A stretch of 64,000 nt of DNA, taken from Candidatus Hydrogenedens sp. Lineage in GTDB: Bacteria; Hydrogenedentota; Hydrogenedentia; Hydrogenedentales; Hydrogenedentaceae. The notes beneath the pieces are model-generated. The model saw only the letters and a list, made by a program, of their open reading frames with translations, ran no database searches and was not told the DNA's origin. The position numbers and the translations under genes are program-made. Within the stretch, counting starts at the first letter, position 1; each line of letters starts with the position of its first letter. Shown in pieces: positions 20,539 to 31,794 of the stretch. The stretch spans positions 12,152 through 76,151 of the forward strand of contig JBMFRC010000014.1 of assembly GCA_049968235.1 (NCBI GenBank). Direction: 5' to 3'.

Positions 20539-21444
20539 TTAATCACCACCGGTTTGACTATCCAGGAAACAAGCCCATAAACGAGAAACAGGGTTTGTTC
20601 CAGGATAACGCACAAACTCCACATGTCCGTCCATATATAAAACATTTCCGCCACCGGGAACATGATTCATATATTCGGGTTGGGAATTAACATCATCGGA
20701 CAATATCCATACTTCACTTTGGGCTTTGTTGGAAGCAGCAGGATTGTTAATATCTGTTATCAGGAATCGTTCAATCCCTTCGCGAAGCCGATATATTGTA
20801 ACAGTTCCTTGTTTTGCATCGGAGTCCAACAAACTAGCGTCTCCATTATTTGCCCAGTTTGCATAACCATTGTTGATTATCGTTAAAATGGCGGTTAAGA
20901 AGTCTGGGTTGAAATAGTTCATTGCATTAGTTTCATTAATTGCCGGGTCATTAACATCCTGTCCGGGTAGAACCATATCCTCATCCATTATTGCCCAACC
21001 ATAATAATTGTATGATTCCGCACTGAAACGACATGGATTTTTCTCATCCAGATTGGGGTCAGCATTACGGTTCCACCAACCATCTACAGTAACATGTGTT
21101 CGTGCAGTCGAATCCGATGGACATATTAAGATATTTGTATCTGTTAAATATTCTGGATACACAGCCCGTGCATTGAAAAATGCTTCAATAGAACCCCGCC
21201 TTTTGCAATCATCAGGCATAGTACGGTCCCCCTGCCATATTTGAATTGAGGGGTATCTTTCCCCTTTCGATTCATTTGAATACATCTTGAACACCAAACC
21301 TAATTGTTTAAGATTGTTTTGACAGGAAGACCGCCGTGCCGCTTCACGGGCACGAGCCAGCGCTGGTAAAAGGATAGCAGCAAGTATTCCGATTATCGCT
21401 ATCACAACCAGCAGTTCAATGAGAGTAAAACCTTTTTTTAACAT
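20539..21444 (-). CDS. DUF1559 protein with prepilin-type N-terminal domain (second paralog)
   Basis: [50 protein letters not shown] and C-terminal [12 protein letters not shown]. The N-terminal 45 aa are near-identical to the 10115 paralog but use different codons. Confidence 0.8.
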   Translation of the reverse strand: MLKKGFTLIELLVVIAIIGILAAILLPALARAREAARRSSCQNNLKQLGLVFKMYSNESKGERYPSIQIWQGDRTMPDDCKRRGSIEAFFNARAVYPEYLTDTNILICPSDSTARTHVTVDGWWNRNADPNLDEKNPCRFSAESYNYYGWAIMDEDMVLPGQDVNDPAINETNAMNYFNPDFLTAILTIINNGYANWANNGDASLLDSDAKQGTVTIYRLREGIERFLITDINNPAASNKAQSEVWILSDDVNSQPEYMNHVPGGGNVLYMDGHVEFVRYPGTNPVSRLWACFLDSQTGGD

Positions 21445-21781
21445 ATTTTTACTCCAAATTAAAAGTTAATAGTAATAAATACATATATATGTAAACCCAT
21501 GTTTAGTTTACTAAAAATATATAATAATACATTTTATATTAAAAATCAATATTGTATGTAATAATTATATATTTATAAATAATCAAATCTTGAGGGATAT
21601 TTAATAAATATCTAATTTGTTTATATTATTTCTTAGTTACTTTGTTTTTTTCGTAAAATTCGGGTTAAAAAACTATGAGTTATATTTGTGGTTTAGTTAA
21701 CAAATAAAAGGTTTTAGTTAAAAGGGTTTTGTTTTTTGGGAATAGATATAATGGATATGTATGTGAGAATATTTGTGTTGA

Positions 21782-22621
21782 TTAGTTAAAATTGAAAATG
21801 GTACCAGCGGGGGCTGGTAAACAGGGAAAAGGTAGGTGCTTGTTAAAATAGCAAAGTGATTTAAACCCGGAACAGTGGCACGCGTATAAGGAATTAATAT
21901 TTAACGACGATAATGCGTTAGATGTCATTTGTAGTCGTTCTTCCGTAGCACTATGTAGATGTAATCCCCCAATAACAATTATTTCCTTTGCTGATTTTAT
22001 TAGATTATTACGCAGATAGGTAAGGGTATTTATTAAGCCTGCGTGTGTACAACCCAGAAGGACAATTCCATATTTTTTACCATCGATAAACAAACATTGG
22101 TCATCATGGAAAGTATCTAATTGAGTGCATTGAGCGTCAAGGAAGAAATGAGGTTCTGGGCTTTCAAAAGGGGTTATTCGGGGTATTGTTCCAGAAATAA
22201 AGATATTATTTTTTATTTTTGTAGGTGTCGTGGTAGGAGTGAACTGAGTTATTTTTTTATTTAATATTTTTGGAGAAGGACCTCTATAACCAATCTCTCG
22301 GATTTTTCCATCAGAATCTTTAACATACCTTTTACGGAAGGCATCGGGATGTGCAAATACTTTCTGAATGTTAGCAACTTTAAAAAGTTTTTTCATTCCT
22401 CCGGTATGGTCGTAGTGTCCATGACTGAGAATAAGGTAGTCAACAGAAGATAAAGGTAAATTTAATTTTTTGCTATTATGAATGATTGTGTATCCAGCAC
22501 CTGTATCAAATAATAAAATGTGGTTGTCGGTCTGGATGAAAAAGGATAATCCATGTTCTCCTAACAATCCTGTTTTTCCGACAGTGTTTTCGCATAATGT
22601 TATTATAGAAATGTGTGGCAT
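21782..22621 (-). CDS. MBL-fold metallo-hydrolase
   Basis: LILSHGHYDHTGG (HxHxDH motif) and downstream His/Asp ligands. Confidence 0.7.
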   Translation of the reverse strand: MPHISIITLCENTVGKTGLLGEHGLSFFIQTDNHILLFDTGAGYTIIHNSKKLNLPLSSVDYLILSHGHYDHTGGMKKLFKVANIQKVFAHPDAFRKRYVKDSDGKIREIGYRGPSPKILNKKITQFTPTTTPTKIKNNIFISGTIPRITPFESPEPHFFLDAQCTQLDTFHDDQCLFIDGKKYGIVLLGCTHAGLINTLTYLRNNLIKSAKEIIVIGGLHLHSATEERLQMTSNALSSLNINSLYACHCSGFKSLCYFNKHLPFPCLPAPAGTIFNFN

Positions 22622-22656
22622 TTTTTGACGATGTTAGGCAATATAAGGAGATATTA

Positions 22657-23622
22657 TTAGTTTGGGTACAGAATTTTTTGAATTTCAGGGTCGTTTAGAT
22701 TTTCAGGAGTAACAACGGTAACGCCGGTGTCAATTCTTTTTTCAACAGGTTTTCCCTGTATTGCATCGTAGGCACTTTTTACACCGAGGTAACCCATTTT
22801 GAATGGATTTTGTACAATGAGTGCTTGAATAACACCTTCTTTCAATGCTTGAATTTCTTCTTCTGCTGCATCAAAAGCCACGATTTTTATCTGTCCAGAT
22901 TTCCCTTTGCTCCTAATGGCTTGAGCACAACCTACCGCACTGGATTCATTAGCGGCGAAGATTCCTTTAATGTTAGGGAAAGATGTCAACATGTCATTAG
23001 TAACATCCATAGCCTTTGCAACATTGCTATCGCTATATAAGGTAGAAACTAACTTAATATTGGGGTATGCGGATATACCTTCTTTAAATCCTCGTTCCCG
23101 CATCTCAGAAGTGGCTGCACCTGCAACGAAAGGTATTAACCCGACTTCCCCCTCTTTACCAATAAGTTTTGCAAGAGTATCGGCAGCGATTTTGGCACCT
23201 GCAATATTGTCTGTTGCTACAAAGGACATAGGCTTGTCAGAATTAACACCGGAGTCTATGGTTATGACAGGAATACCTTTATTGATGGCTGTTTCCACAA
23301 TTCCTACGAGTGCATTAGCATCACTGGCGGCAAGAACAATTGCAGATACTCCTCGATTAATCATATCCTGGACGATATTAATTTGTTGTTCAATTTCTGT
23401 TTCTTTGGCTGTTCCCTGCCATACAATTTTGACACCTAATTCTTTTCCTGCTTGTTCTGCTCCTGCTTTTACAGTTAACCAGAATTGATGTGAGAATGAT
23501 TTGGGTATAACTGCTATTTCAATTGTCTTTTTTCCGGGTTCTGTGGCTGTATTTTTTTGAGATGGACCACATGATACAAAAATGCAGGATATTAGCAACA
23601 TCAATAACATTTTTTTTACCAT
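22657..23622 (-). CDS. Sugar ABC transporter substrate-binding lipoprotein (periplasmic binding protein type I, RbsB-like), orphan
   Basis: Lipobox LLISCIFVSCG, then a type I PBP fold pattern (IAVIPKS..., VSAIVLAASD, PVITIDSG, IKIVAFD). No permease or ATPase genes adjacent. Confidence 0.8.
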   Translation of the reverse strand: MVKKMLLMLLISCIFVSCGPSQKNTATEPGKKTIEIAVIPKSFSHQFWLTVKAGAEQAGKELGVKIVWQGTAKETEIEQQINIVQDMINRGVSAIVLAASDANALVGIVETAINKGIPVITIDSGVNSDKPMSFVATDNIAGAKIAADTLAKLIGKEGEVGLIPFVAGAATSEMRERGFKEGISAYPNIKLVSTLYSDSNVAKAMDVTNDMLTSFPNIKGIFAANESSAVGCAQAIRSKGKSGQIKIVAFDAAEEEIQALKEGVIQALIVQNPFKMGYLGVKSAYDAIQGKPVEKRIDTGVTVVTPENLNDPEIQKILYPN

Positions 23623-23669
23623 ATTTTTACTCCTTTATCAATAAAACTGTTTAAACATTTTATTCATGC

Positions 23670-24866
23670 TTAACGAGGCACATAATAGCGTTCGCCTGTG
23701 CCGACTACTTCAATGGCAATTCCGTGTGTTTTAACATCCAATAATCGAACGGATGTGCCGGGAATCATTTCCCCTACGTATACCTTTGTGAGATTAATAA
23801 TGGCTAATCCATGTGGATTTTTAGGACCTGCTTCGCGAAGAACATTTAGTTTCATATCATCCAACCCTAAACGAGTTCTATCCGATGTTCTCAATACTGG
23901 TAGTCTTGTCATATCTACGGCTTCTTCAACTTTCGGTTTAGGTGATGATAATGCCTGCTGAAATTGTTCAGGTTTTAATGAAGGAGGTGGTTCTAAATCT
24001 TTTGTAATTACAGGTGGAGGTGGTGTATTTTGTGTTGATGTAGCAGGTTGAGAAGCAGATGACGCTTGTAAAGTGGCAGAATTTGTTAGTTCATTATTTT
24101 TTGTAATATTTTCATTAGGAGAGGGAAGCACGGATGAAGAAGTTTCCCGGAGTAATTCCGTGGGAGTTTCTTTTTTTATTTCTGGAACCGTAGGATGAGG
24201 TGTTTCCGTTTTTTCTTCTTTTATAATTGGAGGTGACGATTCGTGAGGTATATTTTTAGCAACCTGAACGGGCGGTTCGGGAGTATTGGTAGGCGGTTCG
24301 TCAGGGGCGGATACTTCAGGGGTCTTTTCTAAGGGGGGTGTTTTTGCTTTTTCTAATTTATCAGAAGGATTTGTAGTAGGTGGAGATGTATGAGGTTCAG
24401 ATACAATTGTTTTCTGTTTTACTTTATTGGCTGTATTGTCAGGGGTAGGGGGGGGTGATGTTGTTTCTTTATTTTCTGTTGTTATTTCCTGATTCTGTGT
24501 ATCTTTCTCCGATTGACTTGGAGGGACTGCTTCTTCTGTTGTTTTCTGATTTAATGAGATTGTCTTTGTCGGAATAGTTGAAATTGTGTTTTTTGCAATT
24601 TGTGTTTTTACGACCCATAAAGATGCTGATATAGAAATAATACTTATTACAATAACGAATATAACCACTCCGGTTATAATGAATTTGGGTGATATAGTGA
24701 AAGTTGCCGTATCTTGAAGTGGAATAGGTTTTTCCGGTTTTGCTATTGCAGAGATAGAAATAGGTTCTGATAATTCTTGTTCCTCTTCCTCTTCTTTTTC
24801 GAGTAGTTTTAACTGTCGTTGTTTTTCTTCCTCGAGTTTTTTTAGTGCATCGAGGATGGAACTCAT
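23670..24866 (-). CDS. Single-pass membrane protein with Pro/Thr-rich linker and GspB-like N- and C-terminal modules (tentative)
   Basis: MSSILDALKKLEEEK N-terminus, one TM helix, about 250 aa of P/T/S/E-rich low complexity, and a conserved-looking C-terminal 75 aa (LPVLRTSDRTRLGL...GIAIEVVGTGERYYVPR). Confidence 0.35.
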   Translation of the reverse strand: MSSILDALKKLEEEKQRQLKLLEKEEEEEQELSEPISISAIAKPEKPIPLQDTATFTISPKFIITGVVIFVIVISIISISASLWVVKTQIAKNTISTIPTKTISLNQKTTEEAVPPSQSEKDTQNQEITTENKETTSPPPTPDNTANKVKQKTIVSEPHTSPPTTNPSDKLEKAKTPPLEKTPEVSAPDEPPTNTPEPPVQVAKNIPHESSPPIIKEEKTETPHPTVPEIKKETPTELLRETSSSVLPSPNENITKNNELTNSATLQASSASQPATSTQNTPPPPVITKDLEPPPSLKPEQFQQALSSPKPKVEEAVDMTRLPVLRTSDRTRLGLDDMKLNVLREAGPKNPHGLAIINLTKVYVGEMIPGTSVRLLDVKTHGIAIEVVGTGERYYVPR

Positions 24867-25088
24867 AGTGTTTATCTCCTTAAAATATATTTTCAGTTAA
24901 TATTTTACAAAAATGAAGAAAAAGAAAAAAAGTAGCAATTCATCGTATTGATTTTTTATCCTTTATTTTATTACACTATTTTACCTATGGACAAGCAAAG
25001 AGAGGAAATGAAAAAGAAATATTTTATTTAATAGTAAAGAAATATTTATGAATATTTTTTGATATATTAAATTATAAAATCAGGTTAA

Positions 25089-26213
<1,125 letters not shown>

Positions 26214-26293
26214 AGGTTGAGGTGTAAGTAGATTTATAAAGTGTGCTACTTATTTTTGTCCTTTACCGAATAAATCTTAAGAAAGGTATTTTT

Positions 26294-26674
26294 ATGTGGC
26301 GATTTCTTTTTGCACAGAGCGAAGAAGCAGTTCCACAGCAGGTCGTTTCCACAGCACAAAGTGCTGGTGAACAAACGACGGCAAGTCCTCCCAGCCTATG
26401 GGGAAGTATGCTTCCGATGATTTTAGCATTTATTGCGATTATGTATTTTTTAATGATACGTCCTCAACAGAAGCGAGAGAAAGAAAGGCGCGAAATGTTG
26501 AATTCATTAGCAAAAGGAGATAAAGTAGTAACTACAGGGGGTATGTATGGGACGGTTGTGGATTTGTCTGAGGAGAAGGTAACCCTTCGTGTAGATGATA
26601 AAGTAGAAATTGATTTTGTTCGCAGTGCCGTAGCACAAATTATCTCAAAGGTGAATGAAGATAAAAAGAAATAA
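26294..26674 (+). CDS. yajC: Preprotein translocase subunit YajC
   Basis: LPMILAFIAIMYFLMIRPQQKREKE...GDKVVTTGGMYGTV. Start at ATG 26294 (the table ORF starts at an upstream GTG). Confidence 0.85.
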   Translation: MWRFLFAQSEEAVPQQVVSTAQSAGEQTTASPPSLWGSMLPMILAFIAIMYFLMIRPQQKREKERREMLNSLAKGDKVVTTGGMYGTVVDLSEEKVTLRVDDKVEIDFVRSAVAQIISKVNEDKKK

Positions 26675-26737
26675 TTTTTAAACATATAAAAAGTAAAAGA
26701 TTTAACAATAAACTAAAAAAGGAGCAAAATTAGGTCC

Positions 26738-29467
26738 ATGAATATTCCGTATCGTGCATTAATTATCTGGATTGTGATTATCTGGTCAATGGTTCAGGTG
26801 TATCCAACTATAGGTTGGCTTACTTTATCCGATAAGGCTCGTCAAGCCCGTCTGGAGAGGTGGCGTCAGGAAGATGATGAATGGGCAAAAAGAAAACATA
26901 GTTATACGGAAGAAATGTGGAAAACAATTCGGAGGTGGGCGGAGTTTGACCGTGACCGTGTTATAAATCTCGGATTAGACTTGCAGGGTGGTGTCCACAT
27001 GGTATTGCGGTTTGATATTAATGATTTGCCACCGGAACGGCTACAGGAGTACCGGGACCGCCGTTATACAGATGCGAATATTGAGAAAGAAGTGCAGGAA
27101 ATTGTACTTCAGCAAATACGGAGAAGAGTAAATGAGTTCGAAGCGAAAGAGCCTGTTATTCAAGCATTAGGTAGCAATCAGATTCAAATTCAATTGCCGG
27201 GTGAAAAAAATGTAGAACGTGCAAAAAATCTGGTAAAGAAGACTGCCCAATTAAATTTCCATATCGTAGCGGAAATGACGGATATTATTCAGGTTTTTCA
27301 AAAGATAAAAGATAAATATCCGGAGGAATTTAATGCCTTTATTCAGCGTCCTAAATTAAAAGGAGACCATTTTACAGTTCGAGTTGAGAATTATGACCGT
27401 GTTCGTCGTTTGATTGAAGCCTGTGAGAAGGAGGGAATTATCCCTGAAGATAAAATGCTGGCATTCAGTCAACCTCCGAAGCCCTATGAAGACCAGGTTT
27501 ATAAATTATATTACATAGATAGAAAACCAATTGCCTCTGGGGATGGATTGCGTTCAGCAGTGGCTATTCCTGACCAGAACAATCCCCCTAACTGGAAAAT
27601 TCTATTTGAATTTAACAATTCCGCAGGGGCTCTTTTTGGTGAAGCGACTGAGAAAAATATCAATAAAGCCATGGCAATTGTTCTCGATGGTATGGTTTGT
27701 TCGGCACCGGTTATTAGAGACCGTATTACGACGAGAGGTGAGATAACCGGAAACTTTGAGCAACCTGAAGCGACAGATTTAGCAATTGCCTTAAATTCGG
27801 GCTCGATGTTTGTTCCTGTTAAAGAAGAATTTACACGTATTGTTGGAGCAAGTCTGGGTGCTGATGCAGTAAATAAAAGTATATCTTCAGCGGTTATATC
27901 ACTGATAATTGTAAGCGGTTTTATGGTTATTTACTACCTCTGGGCAGGGCTCGTTGCTCTTATTGGACTTGTTGTGAACTTCTTGATAATTCTTGCTTTG
28001 ATGGCGTATTTTGAGATGACGCTTACACTCCCGGGTGTGGCGGGTCTTATTTTGACTATTGGTATGGCGGTGGATGCCAATGTTCTTATTTATGAACGCA
28101 TTCGTGAAGAATTGAAATTAGGTCATGCTCTTGCCACAGCGGTTAGTAATGGTTTTACAAGGTCTGCGGTAACAATTCTTGACGCAAATATTACAACATT
28201 GATAGCCTCAGCGGTATTATTACAGTTTGGCACAGGTCCAATTGAAGGATTTGCTATAACATTAAGTGTAGGTGTATGTGCCAGTGTCTTTGCTGCATTA
28301 GTTGTCTGTCGTGCTTTATTTGACTTTTTATTAGACCGCAGATTAATAAAGTCTTTGCCGATGTTGAGCCTTATTCCAATGAAACCCAAGATTCCATTTT
28401 TGCAACTTAGATATTATGCCTTTTCTTTTAGTGCAATATTAATTGTGGTAGGTATGGCAGTATTCGTATGGAGAGGAAAGGAAAATCTGGGGGTTGATTT
28501 TGTTCAGGGAACAAACATTAATATACAGATAAACAACGACCAGCCGATACAACCGGGAGCCGTAAGGGAAGCATTAGCAAAAAATGGATTTGGGAAAGCC
28601 ATTGTTCAATTAACCAGTGAAGAAGATGTGGAAGCAGGGAATCGCTTTTTGATTCGTATTGCTGAAACGGATATAAAAGGATTATCTCCTAATTCAACAT
28701 CATCCGCAGAAAAGGGAGGAAACAATAGCAATACGGCACCTTTGATGGCAGGCATGTCAGGTGGGGTGGAAGGAGGAGATATTGGCGGAATGATTCAGAA
28801 AGCACTGGCACCTCTTACAAAGAGTGGGAAATCCGAAGATGTAGCAATCGAAGACCAACAAACTGTTGGTCCGGCAGTCGGATCACAGTTACGAACGGAT
28901 GCTATTAAGTGTATTTTCTGGTCTTTTGTATTTATTATTATGTATCTCTGGTTCCGATTCGAACTTAAATTTGGTGTTGCTGCTGTTCTAGCATTAGTGC
29001 ATGATGTTCTAATTACATTAGGAACTTTTGCTGTGTTGCGTCGGCAAATTGATATGAGTGTTATCGCAGCAATATTAACTATTATTGGTTATTCGTTGAA
29101 TGATACTATTGTCGTCTTTGACCGTGTTCGTGAAAATATGAAGTTATATCGTGGTAAGGGATATAAATATATAGATATTCTTAATATATCTATCAATGAA
29201 ACATTAAGTAGAACCATTTTAACTTCTTTAACTACATTATTTTCCGTAGCAGTATTATTTATATTTGGTGGTATTGCTATTCACGATTTTGCATTAGCAT
29301 TGCTTGTAGGAATTGTAATAGGAACATATTCTTCTATCTTTGTTGCTTCACCTATTGTGCTTATCTGGCAGGAGAAGAGTGAACAGAGACAATTGCGGAT
29401 GGCGGGACAGACAAAGTCCAGTTCTGTTAAGAAAACCCCACAAGTAAAAGCAGGAGCAAAAATATAA
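26738..29467 (+). CDS. secDF: Fused protein translocase subunit SecDF
   Basis: 909 aa with two 6-TM RND-like halves and a periplasmic domain. Follows tgt-yajC as in the conserved operon. Confidence 0.9.
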   Translation: MNIPYRALIIWIVIIWSMVQVYPTIGWLTLSDKARQARLERWRQEDDEWAKRKHSYTEEMWKTIRRWAEFDRDRVINLGLDLQGGVHMVLRFDINDLPPERLQEYRDRRYTDANIEKEVQEIVLQQIRRRVNEFEAKEPVIQALGSNQIQIQLPGEKNVERAKNLVKKTAQLNFHIVAEMTDIIQVFQKIKDKYPEEFNAFIQRPKLKGDHFTVRVENYDRVRRLIEACEKEGIIPEDKMLAFSQPPKPYEDQVYKLYYIDRKPIASGDGLRSAVAIPDQNNPPNWKILFEFNNSAGALFGEATEKNINKAMAIVLDGMVCSAPVIRDRITTRGEITGNFEQPEATDLAIALNSGSMFVPVKEEFTRIVGASLGADAVNKSISSAVISLIIVSGFMVIYYLWAGLVALIGLVVNFLIILALMAYFEMTLTLPGVAGLILTIGMAVDANVLIYERIREELKLGHALATAVSNGFTRSAVTILDANITTLIASAVLLQFGTGPIEGFAITLSVGVCASVFAALVVCRALFDFLLDRRLIKSLPMLSLIPMKPKIPFLQLRYYAFSFSAILIVVGMAVFVWRGKENLGVDFVQGTNINIQINNDQPIQPGAVREALAKNGFGKAIVQLTSEEDVEAGNRFLIRIAETDIKGLSPNSTSSAEKGGNNSNTAPLMAGMSGGVEGGDIGGMIQKALAPLTKSGKSEDVAIEDQQTVGPAVGSQLRTDAIKCIFWSFVFIIMYLWFRFELKFGVAAVLALVHDVLITLGTFAVLRRQIDMSVIAAILTIIGYSLNDTIVVFDRVRENMKLYRGKGYKYIDILNISINETLSRTILTSLTTLFSVAVLFIFGGIAIHDFALALLVGIVIGTYSSIFVASPIVLIWQEKSEQRQLRMAGQTKSSSVKKTPQVKAGAKI

Positions 29468-29499
29468 ATTTGTATATGATGAAAATTCTTTAGAGAATT

Positions 29500-29534
29500 A
29501 TCAGGGAGAGATTTAATCTCCCTGATTTGTTTTT
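29500..29534 (+). terminator. Rho-independent terminator after secDF
   Basis: ATCAGGGAGA-gatttaa-TCTCCCTGAT hairpin followed by TTGTTTTT. Confidence 0.8.
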
Positions 29535-29561
29535 AGGAATCCATTATTATAAGTTAATTTT

Positions 29562-31547
29562 ATGGATATATCTATTCTTATATATTTAGGTATTCTCTTT
29601 GGTACTGCATTGATTATAGCACTGTTATTCCGAGCCATTCGTTTTCCTTCTATTATCGGCTTTATACTTGCAGGTATTATATTAGGACCCTCGGGATTAG
29701 GGTTATTTTCAAGAATATGGGTTCCTTATTTTATTGATTGGGGGGCTGTGCTTTTGTTATTTATTATCGGTCTTGAATTAAGTCATTCTCTTTTTTTGAA
29801 ATCTGTGGGAAGTTTGTTGAAAGCAGGTAGTTTGCAAATCGCTATTTCTTTTGTCATTTTTGCTCTATTTATTTATGGATTCACAGAATTAGGTTTGGGA
29901 TTAGATGTTATTGTTTTAAGTTTTATCCTGTGTCTTAGTAGTACGGCAGTAGTTATTCGGTACCTTCAGGACCGAGGTGAAGTGGAGACTGTATATGGAT
30001 TGTTAACAACCACACTCTTAATCTTTCAAGATATTGCGACCCTCATTTTTCTTATACTAATTTCATTCGTATCAGCCGATTCTTCATCTCAAGGAGTAAT
30101 AGTAGGAAAGGTATTTGGTCTGGTTGTAGGTTTTCTAATACTTATAAGTATTATTCCTGGCAGAAATGTTATTCCTCATGTGGTTTCATATATTGCGTTT
30201 CGTGGAGGACAAGATTTACTTACTTTATTTGCCTTGTTTTGTGCTATTTTAGGAGCGTTAGTGGCTCATTATTTGGGTTGGTCTGCTGGTCTGGGAGCAT
30301 GCATTGCTGGACTTTTAGTAGGGCAATCTGATGAACGGCATCAGTTGGTTGCGGAAGTGCAACCTTTTCAGGATGTTATTTATGCACTTTTCTTTATTTC
30401 TTTAGGAATGGCTTTCCCTCTGGAATGGGTTATTTCACATTTCTCCATATTTGTAATGATTATAATTGCTATATTATTCGCTCGATTTCTGTTAAATGCA
30501 GTAGCATTAAAAATAGCAGGGATTCCGAATCGGCTTGCAATCCTTGTTGCTGTTCAATTATTACCTCTCAGTGAATTCGGTTTTATTATTTGTCGTGAAT
30601 TCTCAAAAAGCGATTACATTTCACCAGATTTTTTAAATGGAGTAACCGCTATTACCACAATTACAATGATACTGGGGAGTGTTTTCCTGCTGTATATTGA
30701 ACCTTTAAACCGTCTTTTAACACAATGGTTTTCCTCAGATAAGGAAGAAGAAGATAATCAAGAGCATATTGGTCCGCATGTAGTCATTATTGGGTTTGGT
30801 TTGACAGGAGAAAACCTATCCAAAGTTCTAAAATCTACAGGAATTCCTTTTGTAGTAATAGAGATGAACAAAGAATTAGCTCAGAAAGCCAAAGAAATGT
30901 CTCCTGCTAAATTGATTGTAGGTGATGCGATACAAAGAACGATTTTAAGTCAGGCTGATTTAGATACCGCACAAGCAGTTGTCGTGGCGATAAATGACCC
31001 TGTAGCATGCCGAAAAATTGTTGGAAAAATTGCTTCACGATATCCTCATCTTTATGTACTGGTAAAGACACGGTTTGTTCATGAAATTGAACCTTTGAAA
31101 AAATTGGGAGCAAAACAGGTTATTCCGGAAGATTTTGAAACCTCCATTGAAGTTATTGCTCATATCTTAAAGCGATGTGGTGTCCCTGATAATATTGTGG
31201 AAGCAGAAACTATCGCTGTGCGTGTAGATGGTTATGCCATGTTACGAGGCAAAGCCAGTTCGCGTGCAGGAATTGAGGAGATGATAAAAATTTTGGAACG
31301 CACTACGACGCAAACATATTATTTGGGGGATAAGAGTTTTGCGGTTGGGAAAACACTTTCGGAGATAAATTTAAGGAAGAGAACAGGCTGTTCCGTTATT
31401 GCTATTGTTCGGGCAGGTGTTCCTACGCCCAGTCCACCGGGAGATTTTATTTTACAGGCAAACGATGTGCTTGTCCTCGTTGGTGCCCATATCCAGATAG
31501 AGTCTGCTCGAAAACTTTTGGAAGAATCAGAAGATCCTGTCATTTAA
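29562..31547 (+). CDS. Monovalent cation:proton antiporter (CPA2, KefB/KefC-like) with C-terminal RCK (TrkA-N/TrkA-C) domains
   Basis: About 12 TM helices, then HVVIIGFGLTG Rossmann (RCK_N) and a TrkA-C-like C-terminus. Confidence 0.8.
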   Translation: MDISILIYLGILFGTALIIALLFRAIRFPSIIGFILAGIILGPSGLGLFSRIWVPYFIDWGAVLLLFIIGLELSHSLFLKSVGSLLKAGSLQIAISFVIFALFIYGFTELGLGLDVIVLSFILCLSSTAVVIRYLQDRGEVETVYGLLTTTLLIFQDIATLIFLILISFVSADSSSQGVIVGKVFGLVVGFLILISIIPGRNVIPHVVSYIAFRGGQDLLTLFALFCAILGALVAHYLGWSAGLGACIAGLLVGQSDERHQLVAEVQPFQDVIYALFFISLGMAFPLEWVISHFSIFVMIIIAILFARFLLNAVALKIAGIPNRLAILVAVQLLPLSEFGFIICREFSKSDYISPDFLNGVTAITTITMILGSVFLLYIEPLNRLLTQWFSSDKEEEDNQEHIGPHVVIIGFGLTGENLSKVLKSTGIPFVVIEMNKELAQKAKEMSPAKLIVGDAIQRTILSQADLDTAQAVVVAINDPVACRKIVGKIASRYPHLYVLVKTRFVHEIEPLKKLGAKQVIPEDFETSIEVIAHILKRCGVPDNIVEAETIAVRVDGYAMLRGKASSRAGIEEMIKILERTTTQTYYLGDKSFAVGKTLSEINLRKRTGCSVIAIVRAGVPTPSPPGDFILQANDVLVLVGAHIQIESARKLLEESEDPVI

Positions 31548-31794
31548 TAAATCCCTGCCTATTGCTGTTCTAATTAAATTCACCAAAAAGTTGTATTTCA
31601 CAACAAAATATTACATAAATGTAATGTTAGCATGGGATATTATTGTGCAAATAATTCTTATATTTTAATAAATCACTATTTAACAAGATGATATAAAATA
31701 ATTCTTAATTAGGCATGAAAATTGTTATTCCATTTTTAACTAAATTGTATTTAAATTATAAAAATTTAAATTATTGTAATTAAGGAGTTACTTA

